61,632 bases of DNA, taken from positions 1 to 61,632 of the forward strand of contig JAZSFM010000061.1 of the NCBI GenBank assembly GCA_045532215.1, read 5' to 3'. Position numbers and translations under genes: made by a program. Within the stretch, counting starts at the first letter, position 1; the number at the start of each line of letters is the position of its first letter. This DNA is from Eubacteriales bacterium (GTDB lineage: Bacteria > Bacillota > Clostridia > Oscillospirales > CAG-272). Below the pieces are notes generated by a model, which saw only the letters and a program-made list of their open reading frames with translations, did no database searches and was not told the origin of the DNA. This document shows positions 52,320-61,603 of the stretch, in pieces.

Positions 52320-53051
52320 TTACTGTCTCTTCATTTGTCTTAAATAGACGAATACCGCAAGGACGAGGATGACAAGGGCATAACCGAGAACCCACCAGAG
52401 GTGTGGAAAGATGCCTGCATAATCGCCGGCGATAACGGCGCGTTGCATCTCGACGGAGTGAACGAAGGGCAGGGCGTAGGCGATCTTTTTGAAGGCGCCA
52501 CCCACAAGGTCAAGGTCGAACCAAATACCCGAAAGCCATGCAGAGAGGTTGGTGAGGAGCGCTCCGCAAATGCCGCCCACCTGCTTGTCGTTGAATACAC
52601 TTCCGCAAAGGAGACCGAGCGCGATATAAAGTAGCGCAACGGGGATGAGAAGAACGAGAGAGAGCAGAATGTTAATGGTAACGTCCAAGCCCAAAATGAT
52701 GGCAAAGAGGTAGGTCGCAACACCTTCGGCAAGCGCGATGGGGATGAGCGGCAGGGTGTAGCCGAGAATGAAATCCACAGGCGACATGGGCGTGGTGTAA
52801 AGGCGGTGCATAAAGCTGCTTTGTCGGTCTTTTGCAATAATGGTGGCAGAGAACAGCGTCATAAAGGCAAGACCGAACACCGCAATGCCGGGCGAGAGGT
52901 GCGCGATCTCAAACAAACTCACAGGGATGTTCGCTTGAATAGCACTCAAAAGCAGAAGCAGAACAACGGGGAATCCGAACAGGAAAGAAAGGTTTAAGGG
53001 ATCGCGCAGGATCTCCTTGAAATTGCGTTTTGCAAAGGTCAACATTCTCAT
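52320..53051 (-). CDS. ABC-2-type transporter permease
   Basis: Six-TM protein overlapping the stop of the upstream ATPase gene. Confidence 0.8.
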   Translation of the reverse strand: MRMLTFAKRNFKEILRDPLNLSFLFGFPVVLLLLLSAIQANIPVSLFEIAHLSPGIAVFGLAFMTLFSATIIAKDRQSSFMHRLYTTPMSPVDFILGYTLPLIPIALAEGVATYLFAIILGLDVTINILLSLVLLIPVALLYIALGLLCGSVFNDKQVGGICGALLTNLSAWLSGIWFDLDLVGGAFKKIAYALPFVHSVEMQRAVIAGDYAGIFPHLWWVLGYALVILVLAVFVYLRQMKRQ

Positions 53052-53776
53052 TTGTCAGTCCCCCTTACAATTTGAATAAATGCTTTCTCAATACTGTCCG
53101 CGTCCGTCTGTGTCTTGATGGCGTCTGGCGTGTCGCAGACGAGGAGCTTACCATCCTTCATAATGGCGATGCGGTCAGAGAGCGCCTCGGCTTCTTCCAT
53201 GTAGTGCGTGGTCAGAATGACGGTGATCTTTCCCTTGAGCGCGCGGATGATGTCCCAAAGCTCGCTGCGCGCGATGACGTCAAGACCTAAGGTCGGCTCG
53301 TCGAGAAAGAGCACCTTTGGCTCGGAGATGAGCGCCATCGCAATGCTGAGGCGGCGCGCGTATCCGCCCGAAAGCTTGCTCGCCTTTTTGTTCATCACAC
53401 TCTCAAGTGAGAGCATCGTCGAAAGGGAAGACACCTTTTCGGCGGTCTTTTGCTTGTCAAAACCGTAAATGCCGCAAATTAGCTCAAGGTTTTCGCGCAC
53501 AGAGAGCCCTGCCGCTACTGCAGTCTCCTGCGGAGAGACACCAATGCACGCCTTGACTGCCGCGGGATTTTGGATGATGCTCTCGCCAAGCACCGTCGCA
53601 TCCCCACTTGTGGGCGAGGACAGGCAAGAGAGCATTTTAATGGTGGTTGTTTTGCCTGCGCCGTTGACACCGAGCAGAGAAAATAGCTCTCCTTGCTCAA
53701 TTTCAAGCGAGAGACAGTCCACCGCTTTGACATCTTTATATTGCTTTGTCAAATTTTCAATTTTGATAGCCGTCAT
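53048..53776 (-). CDS. ABC transporter ATP-binding protein
   Basis: Walker A GVNGAGKTT, signature LSGGYARRL and Walker B LFLDEP. Confidence 0.92.
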   Translation of the reverse strand: MTAIKIENLTKQYKDVKAVDCLSLEIEQGELFSLLGVNGAGKTTTIKMLSCLSSPTSGDATVLGESIIQNPAAVKACIGVSPQETAVAAGLSVRENLELICGIYGFDKQKTAEKVSSLSTMLSLESVMNKKASKLSGGYARRLSIAMALISEPKVLFLDEPTLGLDVIARSELWDIIRALKGKITVILTTHYMEEAEALSDRIAIMKDGKLLVCDTPDAIKTQTDADSIEKAFIQIVRGTDK

Positions 53777-53798
53777 AGTTACTCCTTTTCTGTTTAGA

Positions 53799-53841
53799 AA
53801 TGTGATATTATTATGATATCACATTCATTTCACTTTGTCAA
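53799..53841 (-). promoter_or_regulatory. Promoter of the ABC operon with a 10-bp inverted repeat over the -10
   Basis: Minus strand: TTGACA (53841-53836), 17 nt, TATCAT (53818-53813). AATGTGATAT (53799-53808) and ATATCACATT (53816-53825) form a perfect palindrome. Confidence 0.65.
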
Positions 53842-53873
53842 TAGGATCAGAGAAAAAAGATTTCCAAAAAAAT

Positions 53874-53950
53874 ATTTAACCAAAAAGTTAAATAACCTAT
53901 TGACAAACACAAAAAGATGTGCTATACTATAATTAACCAAAAGGTTAAAT
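53874..53950 (+). promoter_or_regulatory. Promoter flanked by two 20-bp palindromic boxes (candidate ArsR/SdpR operators)
   Basis: ATTTAACCAAAAAGTTAAAT (53874-53893); TTGACA (53900-53905), 17 nt, TATACT (53923-53928); AATTAACCAAAAGGTTAAAT (53931-53950). Confidence 0.7.
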
Positions 53951-53990
53951 GACTTGTCGACAATCTTACCAACATCAATTTGGAGGTATT

Positions 53991-54749
53991 ATGAAACAAT
54001 TTGTTAAGAAGTATTGGAAGACACTCTTGTTCTTCGCCATTGCAGGTCTTGTTGGTGGCTTTTGCACAGGACTTTACGTACTGGATAGCTACCCCGCAGA
54101 AATGCAACAAGAGGCACTATCGCAGGGACTGACACCCACTATCATGGCGATTGTAACTGCCATGCAGGCGGCAGGGTATGGCATTGTACTCGGCGTGATC
54201 GGTATTCTGCTTGGTAAAAAGACGGGGCTTTGGAAAGACGAAACGCACTTTGCAAAAAAGCCGTTCCTCATCACGCTTGCAATCGCGCTGGTTGGCGGTC
54301 TTGCTCTTATTTTGCCCGACCTGTTGTTCTTTGGCAAGTACAATGAGGCAATTATGAATTCTTATGCCGCAAAGCCCACTGTTGTCTATATCATTGGAGC
54401 AATCCTCTACGGCGGCGTAATTGAAGAAGTGATGCTCCGCCTGTTTTGGATGTCGCTGATCGCCTTCATCCTTTGGAAGCTGTTTGCAGGAAAAGCAGAA
54501 AAACCCACCCTCGCTATTTTGGTTGCATCTAACATCATCGCGGCGCTCTTGTTTGCCGCAGGACATCTGCCTGCAACCTTTATGATGATTGAAAATTCTC
54601 CATTGATCATTTTCAGATGCTTCTTACTCAATGGTGGATTTGGCTTGCTCTTTGGCTATCTGTATCGCAAATACGGTCTGCGTTATTCGATGCTCGCGCA
54701 TGCGGGATGCCACATCGTATCCAAGCTGATTTGGATTTTATTCATTTGA
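53991..54749 (+). CDS. CPBP-family intramembrane protease (Abi-like, immunity-associated family)
   Basis: GGVIEEVMLRLFW, AAGHLP and AHAGCHIVSK motifs. ATG behind GGAGG. Confidence 0.82.
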   Translation: MKQFVKKYWKTLLFFAIAGLVGGFCTGLYVLDSYPAEMQQEALSQGLTPTIMAIVTAMQAAGYGIVLGVIGILLGKKTGLWKDETHFAKKPFLITLAIALVGGLALILPDLLFFGKYNEAIMNSYAAKPTVVYIIGAILYGGVIEEVMLRLFWMSLIAFILWKLFAGKAEKPTLAILVASNIIAALLFAAGHLPATFMMIENSPLIIFRCFLLNGGFGLLFGYLYRKYGLRYSMLAHAGCHIVSKLIWILFI

Positions 54750-54777
54750 TTTTCATACTATAAAAGGAGGAAATACT

Positions 54778-55050
54778 GTGGGACTTCAAAACACCATAAA
54801 AGCGCTATCCGATCCCATTCGCCGCGAGATTTTGGAAATGCTGAAGAGCGGTCGCATGGCGGCAGGGGAGATTTCGGAAAAATTTCCCGTCAGCGGCGCG
54901 GCAATTTCCAAGCATCTGTCTGTCTTGCGCGAGGCAGATCTGATAAGAGACACCCGTGAGGGGAAATTTATTTATTACGAATTGAACACTTCCGTGCTGG
55001 AAGAGGTAATGCTGTGGTTGAGCGGCTTGAAGGGGGATAAAAATGAGTAA
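54778..55050 (+). CDS. sdpR: ArsR-family autorepressor, SdpR-like
   Basis: ALSDPIRREILEMLK...AGEISEKFPVSGAAISKHLSVLREADLI. GTG start behind AAAGGAGG. Lies immediately upstream of the SdpI-like genes. Confidence 0.82.
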   Translation: MGLQNTIKALSDPIRREILEMLKSGRMAAGEISEKFPVSGAAISKHLSVLREADLIRDTREGKFIYYELNTSVLEEVMLWLSGLKGDKNE

Positions 55051-55357
55051 GAGACGTATTGGACTTTCGATTTTGACATCGATTATTATTTTGTTTCCTT
55101 TTTTAGCAGGGGTTCTTTTGTGGGATCAACTGTCACCGCAAATTCCAATTCACTGGAATCTTAAAGGAGCAGTTGACGGTATGGTTCCCAAAGCAGTGGC
55201 GGTATTCGGGTTTCCTGCCGTTATGCTTGTTCTGCATTGGATATCCACTGGTTTGACCAAAAGGGAATCCGAAGGAAAAAGAACTTTTATCTATTGGTTT
55301 ATTCCTCTTTTAACGCTGATACTTTCCGGTGTTATGTATTATTTTGCAATTGTTTGA
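55043..55357 (+). CDS. DUF1648-domain membrane protein (N-terminal-half paralogue of SdpI)
   Basis: LWDQLSPQIPIHWNLKGAVDGM parallels LWNRLPEQVPFHWNAAGEIDGW in the next gene. Overlaps the sdpR stop. Confidence 0.75.
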   Translation: MSKRRIGLSILTSIIILFPFLAGVLLWDQLSPQIPIHWNLKGAVDGMVPKAVAVFGFPAVMLVLHWISTGLTKRESEGKRTFIYWFIPLLTLILSGVMYYFAIV

Positions 55358-55371
55358 TAAGGAGATAAGAT

Positions 55372-56004
55372 ATGATTAAAAAGAATTTGAAAATTTTGAT
55401 TATCACGTCCATTATTATTTTGTTGCCCATGGTGGCGGGACTCGTTTTGTGGAATCGGTTGCCCGAACAAGTGCCTTTTCATTGGAATGCGGCGGGTGAG
55501 ATTGACGGTTGGGCATCCAAGCCGGTGGCTGTGTTTGTTCCTTCCGCTATGATGCTGGCATTGCAATGGCTGTGTTTGCTTGTTACTTCAGCAGACCCCA
55601 AAAAGCAGAACCATCCCGAAAAGGTGATGCATCTTGTGCTTTGGTTGATCCCACTGCTCACGGTTTTCATTTCGGCTCTCATGTATGCTACTGCATTGGG
55701 CGGAAGTGTGCGCGTTGAGGTACTGATGCCCATCCTTCTTGGAGTGGTATTCATCGCCATTGGCAATTATCTGCCCAAGTGCAAGCAAAACTATACCATT
55801 GGCATCAAGATCCCGTGGACGCTTGCAAGCGAGGAGAACTGGAACCGCACGCACCGACTCGCCGGTTGGGTATGGGTTGGCGGCGGCATTGTGATGATGC
55901 TGTCGGGATTTTTCGGCATCTTTTGGCTTACTTTTTTGCCTGTCGCCATTATGGTTTTGGTGCCACTTGTCTATTCCTATATTCTGCACAAAAAGGGCGT
56001 ATAG
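55372..56004 (+). CDS. sdpI: SdpI-family immunity / signal-transduction membrane protein
   Basis: DUF1648 N-terminal part plus NYTIGIKIPWTLASEENWNRTHR, typical of SdpI/YhfL. Confidence 0.8.
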   Translation: MIKKNLKILIITSIIILLPMVAGLVLWNRLPEQVPFHWNAAGEIDGWASKPVAVFVPSAMMLALQWLCLLVTSADPKKQNHPEKVMHLVLWLIPLLTVFISALMYATALGGSVRVEVLMPILLGVVFIAIGNYLPKCKQNYTIGIKIPWTLASEENWNRTHRLAGWVWVGGGIVMMLSGFFGIFWLTFLPVAIMVLVPLVYSYILHKKGV

Positions 56005-56005
56005 A

Positions 56006-56050
56006 AAAGCAAAAGCATCCCTCGCTCCACATAGGGCGAGGGATGCTAAT
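56006..56050. terminator. Hairpin terminator between convergent sdpI and the citrate synthase gene
   Basis: 11-bp stem GCATCCCTCGC / GCGAGGGATGC. The T-rich tail is present only on the minus strand. Confidence 0.7.
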
Positions 56051-56051
56051 G

Positions 56052-57407
56052 TTATCTGTCTTGCAAAGCCACGTAATCGACTTCTTCTTTTACACTGATG
56101 TATGCAGGACGAATGATCTTGCCTGCGTTTTGAATCTCCTCTAGACGATGTGCACTCCAACCTGCAATTCTTGCAACTGCAAAAATAGGGGTGAAAAGCT
56201 CATAGGGGAGTCCCAACATTTTGTAGACCATACCCGAATAAAAGTCAACATTTGCGCTGACGCCCTTATACATTTTGCGCTTTTCGGCAATGACCTCGGG
56301 TGCCATTTTTTCCACCGTTTTGTAAAGTTCAAATTCATCGTGCAATCCTTTTTCTACCGACAGTTGCTCAGCGTAACCGCGCAGAATGTCTGCTCTCGGG
56401 TCAGATAGCGAATAGACCGCGTGCCCCATACCGTAGATAAGCCCTGCCTTGTCGAACGCTTGTTTGTCAAGCAATCTGACAAGATAATCTCTGATAGCAT
56501 CCTTGTTTTTGGTATCTATGCTCGCCCTCATATCGTCAAACATTTGCATTACCTTAATGTTTGCACCGCCGTGACGCGGACCTTTGAGCGAACCGAGGGC
56601 TGCAGAGATTGCGGAATAGGAATCGGTTCCGGAGGATGTGACAACGTGCGTTGTAAAGGTAGAGTTGTTTCCACCACCGTGCTCTGCGTGCAGAACAAGT
56701 GCAAGGTCGAGCAACTCTGCCTCAAGAGGGGTATACCGTCCGTCCTCGCGCAGGATGTAAAGAAGATTTTCCGCAGTGTTCAGTTCTTGCCTAGGGTAGT
56801 GAATAAACAGACTTTGCCCGTTGTGATAATGCTGAAAGGATTGATAACCGTAAACCGCCAAAAGAGGAAATTCCGCTATCAGCTGTAAGCATTGGCGGAG
56901 AACGTTTGTGGTGGATATGTCATCGGGGTTTTCATCATAGGCGTACAGAGCCAGGACGCTTCTTGAAAGAACGTTCATCATATCCTTGCCGGGAGCTTTG
57001 AGAATCATATCACGTACGAAGGAAGGGGGGAGAGAACGGTAAGAAGAAAGCTGCTCACAGAATTTTTTGAGTTCCGCTTCGGTTGGCAGCTTGGAAAACA
57101 GCAACAAATAAACGGTTTCTTCAAACCCGGGTCGACAGTCGGAGACAAAGCCATTGACAATATTTCGTATATTGATCCCTCTATAATAGAGTTCACCCTT
57201 GCAGGGAATGTCATTTCCCATAGCATCTTTTCCCTTGGCTTTAATGCGAGAAATCTCGGTAAGTCCCGCAACAACGCCGTCGCCATTGAGATCGCGCAAG
57301 CCACGTTTTACATCGTGTTGTACGTACATCTCAGGGATGATGTGATTGCTTTTTTCCGAAAGGGCGGCGAGTTCTTTTATGTATGGTGTAATTTCTGAAT
57401 AATTCAT
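56052..57407 (-). CDS. Citrate synthase (citrate / 2-methylcitrate synthase family)
   Basis: GMGHAVY, HGGANI and ARIAGW signatures of Si-type citrate synthases. Confidence 0.9.
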   Translation of the reverse strand: MNYSEITPYIKELAALSEKSNHIIPEMYVQHDVKRGLRDLNGDGVVAGLTEISRIKAKGKDAMGNDIPCKGELYYRGINIRNIVNGFVSDCRPGFEETVYLLLFSKLPTEAELKKFCEQLSSYRSLPPSFVRDMILKAPGKDMMNVLSRSVLALYAYDENPDDISTTNVLRQCLQLIAEFPLLAVYGYQSFQHYHNGQSLFIHYPRQELNTAENLLYILREDGRYTPLEAELLDLALVLHAEHGGGNNSTFTTHVVTSSGTDSYSAISAALGSLKGPRHGGANIKVMQMFDDMRASIDTKNKDAIRDYLVRLLDKQAFDKAGLIYGMGHAVYSLSDPRADILRGYAEQLSVEKGLHDEFELYKTVEKMAPEVIAEKRKMYKGVSANVDFYSGMVYKMLGLPYELFTPIFAVARIAGWSAHRLEEIQNAGKIIRPAYISVKEEVDYVALQDR

Positions 57408-57446
57408 AAAGTCCTCCTTTCTCGTTTTATAAATACTATCATTTAT

Positions 57447-57475
57447 ATTATACCACGTAACCCCGCGTTTTTCAA
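57447..57475 (-). promoter_or_regulatory. Sigma-A-type promoter of the citrate synthase gene
   Basis: Minus strand: TTGAAA (57475-57470), 17 nt, TATAAT (57452-57447). Confidence 0.65.
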
Positions 57476-57504
57476 GTCCGTTTTGTAAACAATGCTTTTC
57501 AACA

Positions 57505-57540
57505 GCAAAAAGCGGCTACCTCACCAATCAGAGGCAGCCG
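57505..57540 (-). terminator. Intrinsic terminator after the yitT-like gene
   Basis: Stem CGGCTGCCTC / GAGGTAGCCG (one mismatch) followed by CTTTTT on the minus strand. Confidence 0.75.
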
Positions 57541-57544
57541 TTAT

Positions 57545-58411
57545 TTACTTTCCGCTTTTGGGTTGATAACGAATTTCATTTACGGAATACACGGTTACAA
57601 ATGCTTTGGGGTCTGTTTTGCGAACGAATTCCATCAATTTGCGGTATTCATTTTTATCCACAATGGTAACCACTTCTTTTCTGGGATCGTTGTGATAAGC
57701 ACCTATGCCGTCATAAAGAGTGGCACCGCTGTGTAGGTTGTGTAGAATGAATGCCACAATTTCATCAAGTTTGGGGGAAATGATGCAAACGCGGCGTTTG
57801 ATGTTGAGGCCAAAGATGAAATAGTCCACAACAAGACCGCAAAAATAGGTTGCAAGAACACTGAGAACCACGGTTTTGGTGTCATAGCAAAATACCGCCG
57901 AAAGAGCGACGGCAATACCCGAGAGCGCGCCTGCTTTGCCAAATTCTATTCTCAAATACTTATGAAGAATTTTCGCAACGATATCAAGCCCGCCCGACGA
58001 AGCGTTGCAAGAAAACAGGATAGCCATCGATATTGCCACAAGCAGAATATAGCAAAGAACGTCGAGCAAAGGGTCATCGGTCAGAGATTGAAATTTTGGA
58101 AAGATCCATTCAAATACACCCACAAATGCGGGAATCATAATGGATGTATACACCGTTTTTGCTCCAAACTCCGAGCCTACGAGCATAAATCCAACAATCA
58201 GCAACAGCACGTTGATGGTAAGATTGATAATGGATATTGGCAACGGAATAAAGTTTTCCAATACCATTGCCAATGCGGAGATGCTACCAACTGCCACGTT
58301 GCTTGGCAACATAAAGAAGAACACAGCCGCGGCGACGCCAAGCGCACCAAGGGTTATGATGATAAATTCTTTGAAATCACGAAACACCTTCGGTTTTTTC
58401 ACAAAAGTCAC
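57545..58411 (-). CDS. YitT-family membrane protein (with C-terminal DUF2179)
   Basis: Five-TM N-terminal part and a soluble C-terminal domain, in YitT-like order. Confidence 0.78.
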   Translation of the reverse strand: MTFVKKPKVFRDFKEFIIITLGALGVAAAVFFFMLPSNVAVGSISALAMVLENFIPLPISIINLTINVLLLIVGFMLVGSEFGAKTVYTSIMIPAFVGVFEWIFPKFQSLTDDPLLDVLCYILLVAISMAILFSCNASSGGLDIVAKILHKYLRIEFGKAGALSGIAVALSAVFCYDTKTVVLSVLATYFCGLVVDYFIFGLNIKRRVCIISPKLDEIVAFILHNLHSGATLYDGIGAYHNDPRKEVVTIVDKNEYRKLMEFVRKTDPKAFVTVYSVNEIRYQPKSGK

Positions 58412-58417
58412 CTCTTT

Positions 58418-58891
58418 TTAATCACTTCTTGAGCATTTTTCAGCGTCAATCGCAAGCACGAGCATCAGGATGCAGGTGGCGTGGTTGGGGTCGCGTACGT
58501 CGATCGTGTAGGTGTCCGTCCAATTAAAAAGTTCCTTGTTGACGTATGCGATGCATTGACCGCCGGCATCAAGGATGCGGTAGTCCCATTCAAACCAGTC
58601 GCCCTCTACCTGCCAGCCGTTGCAATCAATGACGAAACGAGGGTGGAAAAAGCTGAGTTCCTTGCGAATGGAGCCCACGTAGCGGTCCCCGAGGTGCATT
58701 TCAAACTGCGGTAGCCAAGTCAGTACGCGCTCTTTAACGCAGCCGACCTCGCGACCGTGTGCGTCATAGATACGCAACAGATGTCCCCACGCGAGCTGTC
58801 CGCGCACGGTGTAAAGGACATTGCCTGCTTCGTCGTAAATATCGTAGCTGTCAAACCACGAGAACATACGTTGCTTAAATAAGAGTTTCAT
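58418..58891 (-). CDS. LURP-one-related / YxjI-family (tubby-like fold) protein
   Basis: FKQRMFSWFDSYDIYDEAGN... is the repeated beta-hairpin pattern typical of DUF567. Confidence 0.72.
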   Translation of the reverse strand: MKLLFKQRMFSWFDSYDIYDEAGNVLYTVRGQLAWGHLLRIYDAHGREVGCVKERVLTWLPQFEMHLGDRYVGSIRKELSFFHPRFVIDCNGWQVEGDWFEWDYRILDAGGQCIAYVNKELFNWTDTYTIDVRDPNHATCILMLVLAIDAEKCSRSD

Positions 58892-58906
58892 AGTGTCTCC
58901 TTTATG

Positions 58907-59881
58907 TTAATACGCTGTGGAAATCAGCACTGTTCCATTACCCGAGAGGGGAATATCCCCAAGGCATGCGGGGAGCAAAACACTGTCGCCGCGTTGGAAG
59001 TGATAGAGGATACCATCACATTCAATCACACCTTCACCCTCAATGCAGAGCAGGTGTCGCAAATATCCGTTTTGTGTGAGCGTGTACGCGTTTTGAGAAA
59101 GGGCAAGCTTTTTCACGCGGAAATAGTCGCAGTCGGCAAGCACCGCTTCACGCGATGCGGGAAGTCCGCGAGAGTAGCGAATGGCATCGATCTCGTCTGC
59201 ATCAAAGGGACGAATGACGTCGCACGCTTTTTGGATGTGTAACTCGCGCAAGGAGCCGTCGGCCCCACGGCGGTCGTAGTCGTAAACACGATAGGTCAGG
59301 TCGCAATTTTGTTGAATTTCGGCAATCAAAATTCCCTTGCCAATGGCGTGGGGCAGGCCTGCGGGGATGAAGTGTGTCTCTCCTGCGTGCACCTTTTGTG
59401 TTTTGAGGACGGACATCAATTCTCCTTTTTTCAAAGCGGTACAAAAAGCGGCGTTGTCGATGCCATCCGCAAGACCGCAAATGATCTCGGCATTCTCGTC
59501 GGCATCCACAATGTACCACATCTCTGTTTTGCCGCGGTCGTTCTCCACGCGTGCGGCATAATCATCGTTGGGATGCACCTGAACCGAAAGACGGTCGTCG
59601 GCATCGATCAGCTTGACAAGCAAGGGGAACTCATTGTTGGTCAAAGAGGATTTGCCCATCAAATCGTCAGGATGGTCGCGCAAAAGCTCACCAACGGTTA
59701 TGCCTGCAAGCGTGCCGTTTTGCACCACGCTCATTTCTTTTTGGCGCACCGTTAGCTCCCAGCTTTCGCCAACAGCCCCACCATCGGGGGCGCATTTATT
59801 CCATTCGCGGGGCAAGCGTGTGCCCCCCCAAATGGGCGATTTTGTTACGCCCGATAGAAAAAGAGGGTAGAGATTGTTCAT
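58907..59881 (-). CDS. manA: Mannose-6-phosphate isomerase, class I
   Basis: GESWE, LSVQVHP and GKTEMWYI cupin metal-site motifs. Confidence 0.88.
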   Translation of the reverse strand: MNNLYPLFLSGVTKSPIWGGTRLPREWNKCAPDGGAVGESWELTVRQKEMSVVQNGTLAGITVGELLRDHPDDLMGKSSLTNNEFPLLVKLIDADDRLSVQVHPNDDYAARVENDRGKTEMWYIVDADENAEIICGLADGIDNAAFCTALKKGELMSVLKTQKVHAGETHFIPAGLPHAIGKGILIAEIQQNCDLTYRVYDYDRRGADGSLRELHIQKACDVIRPFDADEIDAIRYSRGLPASREAVLADCDYFRVKKLALSQNAYTLTQNGYLRHLLCIEGEGVIECDGILYHFQRGDSVLLPACLGDIPLSGNGTVLISTAY

Positions 59882-59901
59882 TGGTTTCCCTTATTTCAAA
59901 A

Positions 59902-61603
59902 TCAAAGTTTTTTCAGTTTGGCATAAGTTGCCATCAGCTTTTTCGTGCCAACGGTATCAAACATCACTTCATAAAGTGTGTCAGCACCCATCGATTTGAC
60001 CGAGAGAATTTCCCCCTCGCCAAAGTTCATATGCTTGACGCGGTCGCCCGGAGCAAAGACCGCGCGCGAGGTGCTTGCGGCAGGACGCACAGGGGTTGCG
60101 GACTTACCAAAAGAGGGTGTTTGAGGCGTACGTGTCGCGTTTTCGCTGTAATACGTACGCTTTTGTTGCACGGGAGCGTTATAGTTGTTTCCATATGAAC
60201 CGTATTGACCGTAAGTATATTCGCCATAGCGGTTTTGTCCAACACGCACGGCGTTTGCTTGTCCCTCATCAAGTTTTTCAATGAGCGACTCGGGAATTTC
60301 GCTGACAAAGCGCGAGACGGGATTGTACATCGTTTGCCCATAAAGCAGGCGACTGCGTGTATGCAAAATGCAGAGCTCTTTTTTTGCGCGTGTAATGGCA
60401 ACGTACGCCAAGCGACGTTCTTCTTCCATTTCGGTCTGCCCCTCGGTGATGGTCTGCATACCGGGGAAGAGCCCTTCTTCCATACCGGGCAAAAAGACCA
60501 CGGGGAACTCCAAGCCCTTGGCACTATGTACCGTCATCATCACAACGGCATCTGCGGTCTCGTCATAGCGGTCAACGTCGGCCACGAGAGCGGTCTCCTC
60601 CAAAAATCCGGTGAGCGAGGGCTCGTCGTTGTCTTGCATATATTCGAGAATGCCCGACTTGAACTCATCAAGGTTTTCAAGACGTTCTGCTTCTTCGGGC
60701 CCTGCGGCTACAAGCATTTGACGGTAGCCGGTTTTCTCAAGCATAATATCAAAGAGGGCGTCAAGAGGGGTACTTTGCGAAAGACGGGTAAGGTCATTGA
60801 TAATCTGCGCAAAGTTCAAAAGCGTTGCAGAACTGTTTTTGAGTGCCATAAAGGAGTCGGCGCGCTCAAGCACCGAGAACTGACTGCACTCTTGCTCGGC
60901 GGCAATGAGGGCTACTGTTTCAAGCGTTTTTGCACCAATCTTGCGGCGCGGTTCGTTGATGATTCGATTCAAGCGCGTGTTATCATCGTGGTTGCTGATG
61001 AGTTGCAAATATGCCACAACGTCGCGGATCTCCTTGCGGTCGGTAAAGCGCGTACCACCGAGAACGCGATAGGGAACAGCCGCGCGAGCAAATGCCTTTT
61101 CGATGCTTTGCGATTGTGCGTTCGTGCGATACAGGATGGCAAAATCGCGATAGGTTGCTTCTTTTTTAGCAACTGCGCGCGAAACGGCATCCACTAAGTA
61201 ACGCGCTTCCATATTTTGGTCGTCGCAGAGCTTGAGGCGAATCTTCGCGCCCGTACTCGAGGATGTTCAAAGCGTTTTGCCCTTTCGCCCGCGATTGTTG
61301 GAGATAACGGCATTTGCCGCATCCAAAATGTTACCCGTCGAGCGATAATTTTGCTCGAGCTTGATGATTTTAGCATCGGGGAAGGTTTTATCAAATGTGA
61401 GAATGTTCTCAATGGTCGCTCCGCGGAAGCGGTAAATGCTCTGGTCGTCGTCACCGACTACCATCAAATTGCGCGTGGTGGGATTGGTCAAAAGGACCGT
61501 CAGTTGCATTTGCGCTATGTTGGTATCTTGGAACTCGTCCACGCATACGTAGCGGAAGCGACGCTGATATGCCTCGCAGATTTCGGGATGATGGCGCAAT
61601 AGC
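59902..61603 (-). pseudogene. pcrA: ATP-dependent DNA helicase PcrA/UvrD; 5'-truncated by the contig end and interrupted by an in-frame TGA (61267-61269)
   Basis: Track ORFs 61267..61605 and 59902..61212 are in the same frame. Read-through gives ...[21 protein letters not shown].... Helicase motifs are present ([38 protein letters not shown]). Confidence 0.85.

Noticed and set aside
61267-61269. TGA reassigned to Trp (genetic code 4 or 25) as an explanation for the pcrA stop
   Set aside because: TGA clearly terminates other well-supported genes here, for example the URO-D paralogue at 4184-4186, ylxR at 16397-16399 and yqfC at 23074-23076, each followed by properly spaced downstream starts.
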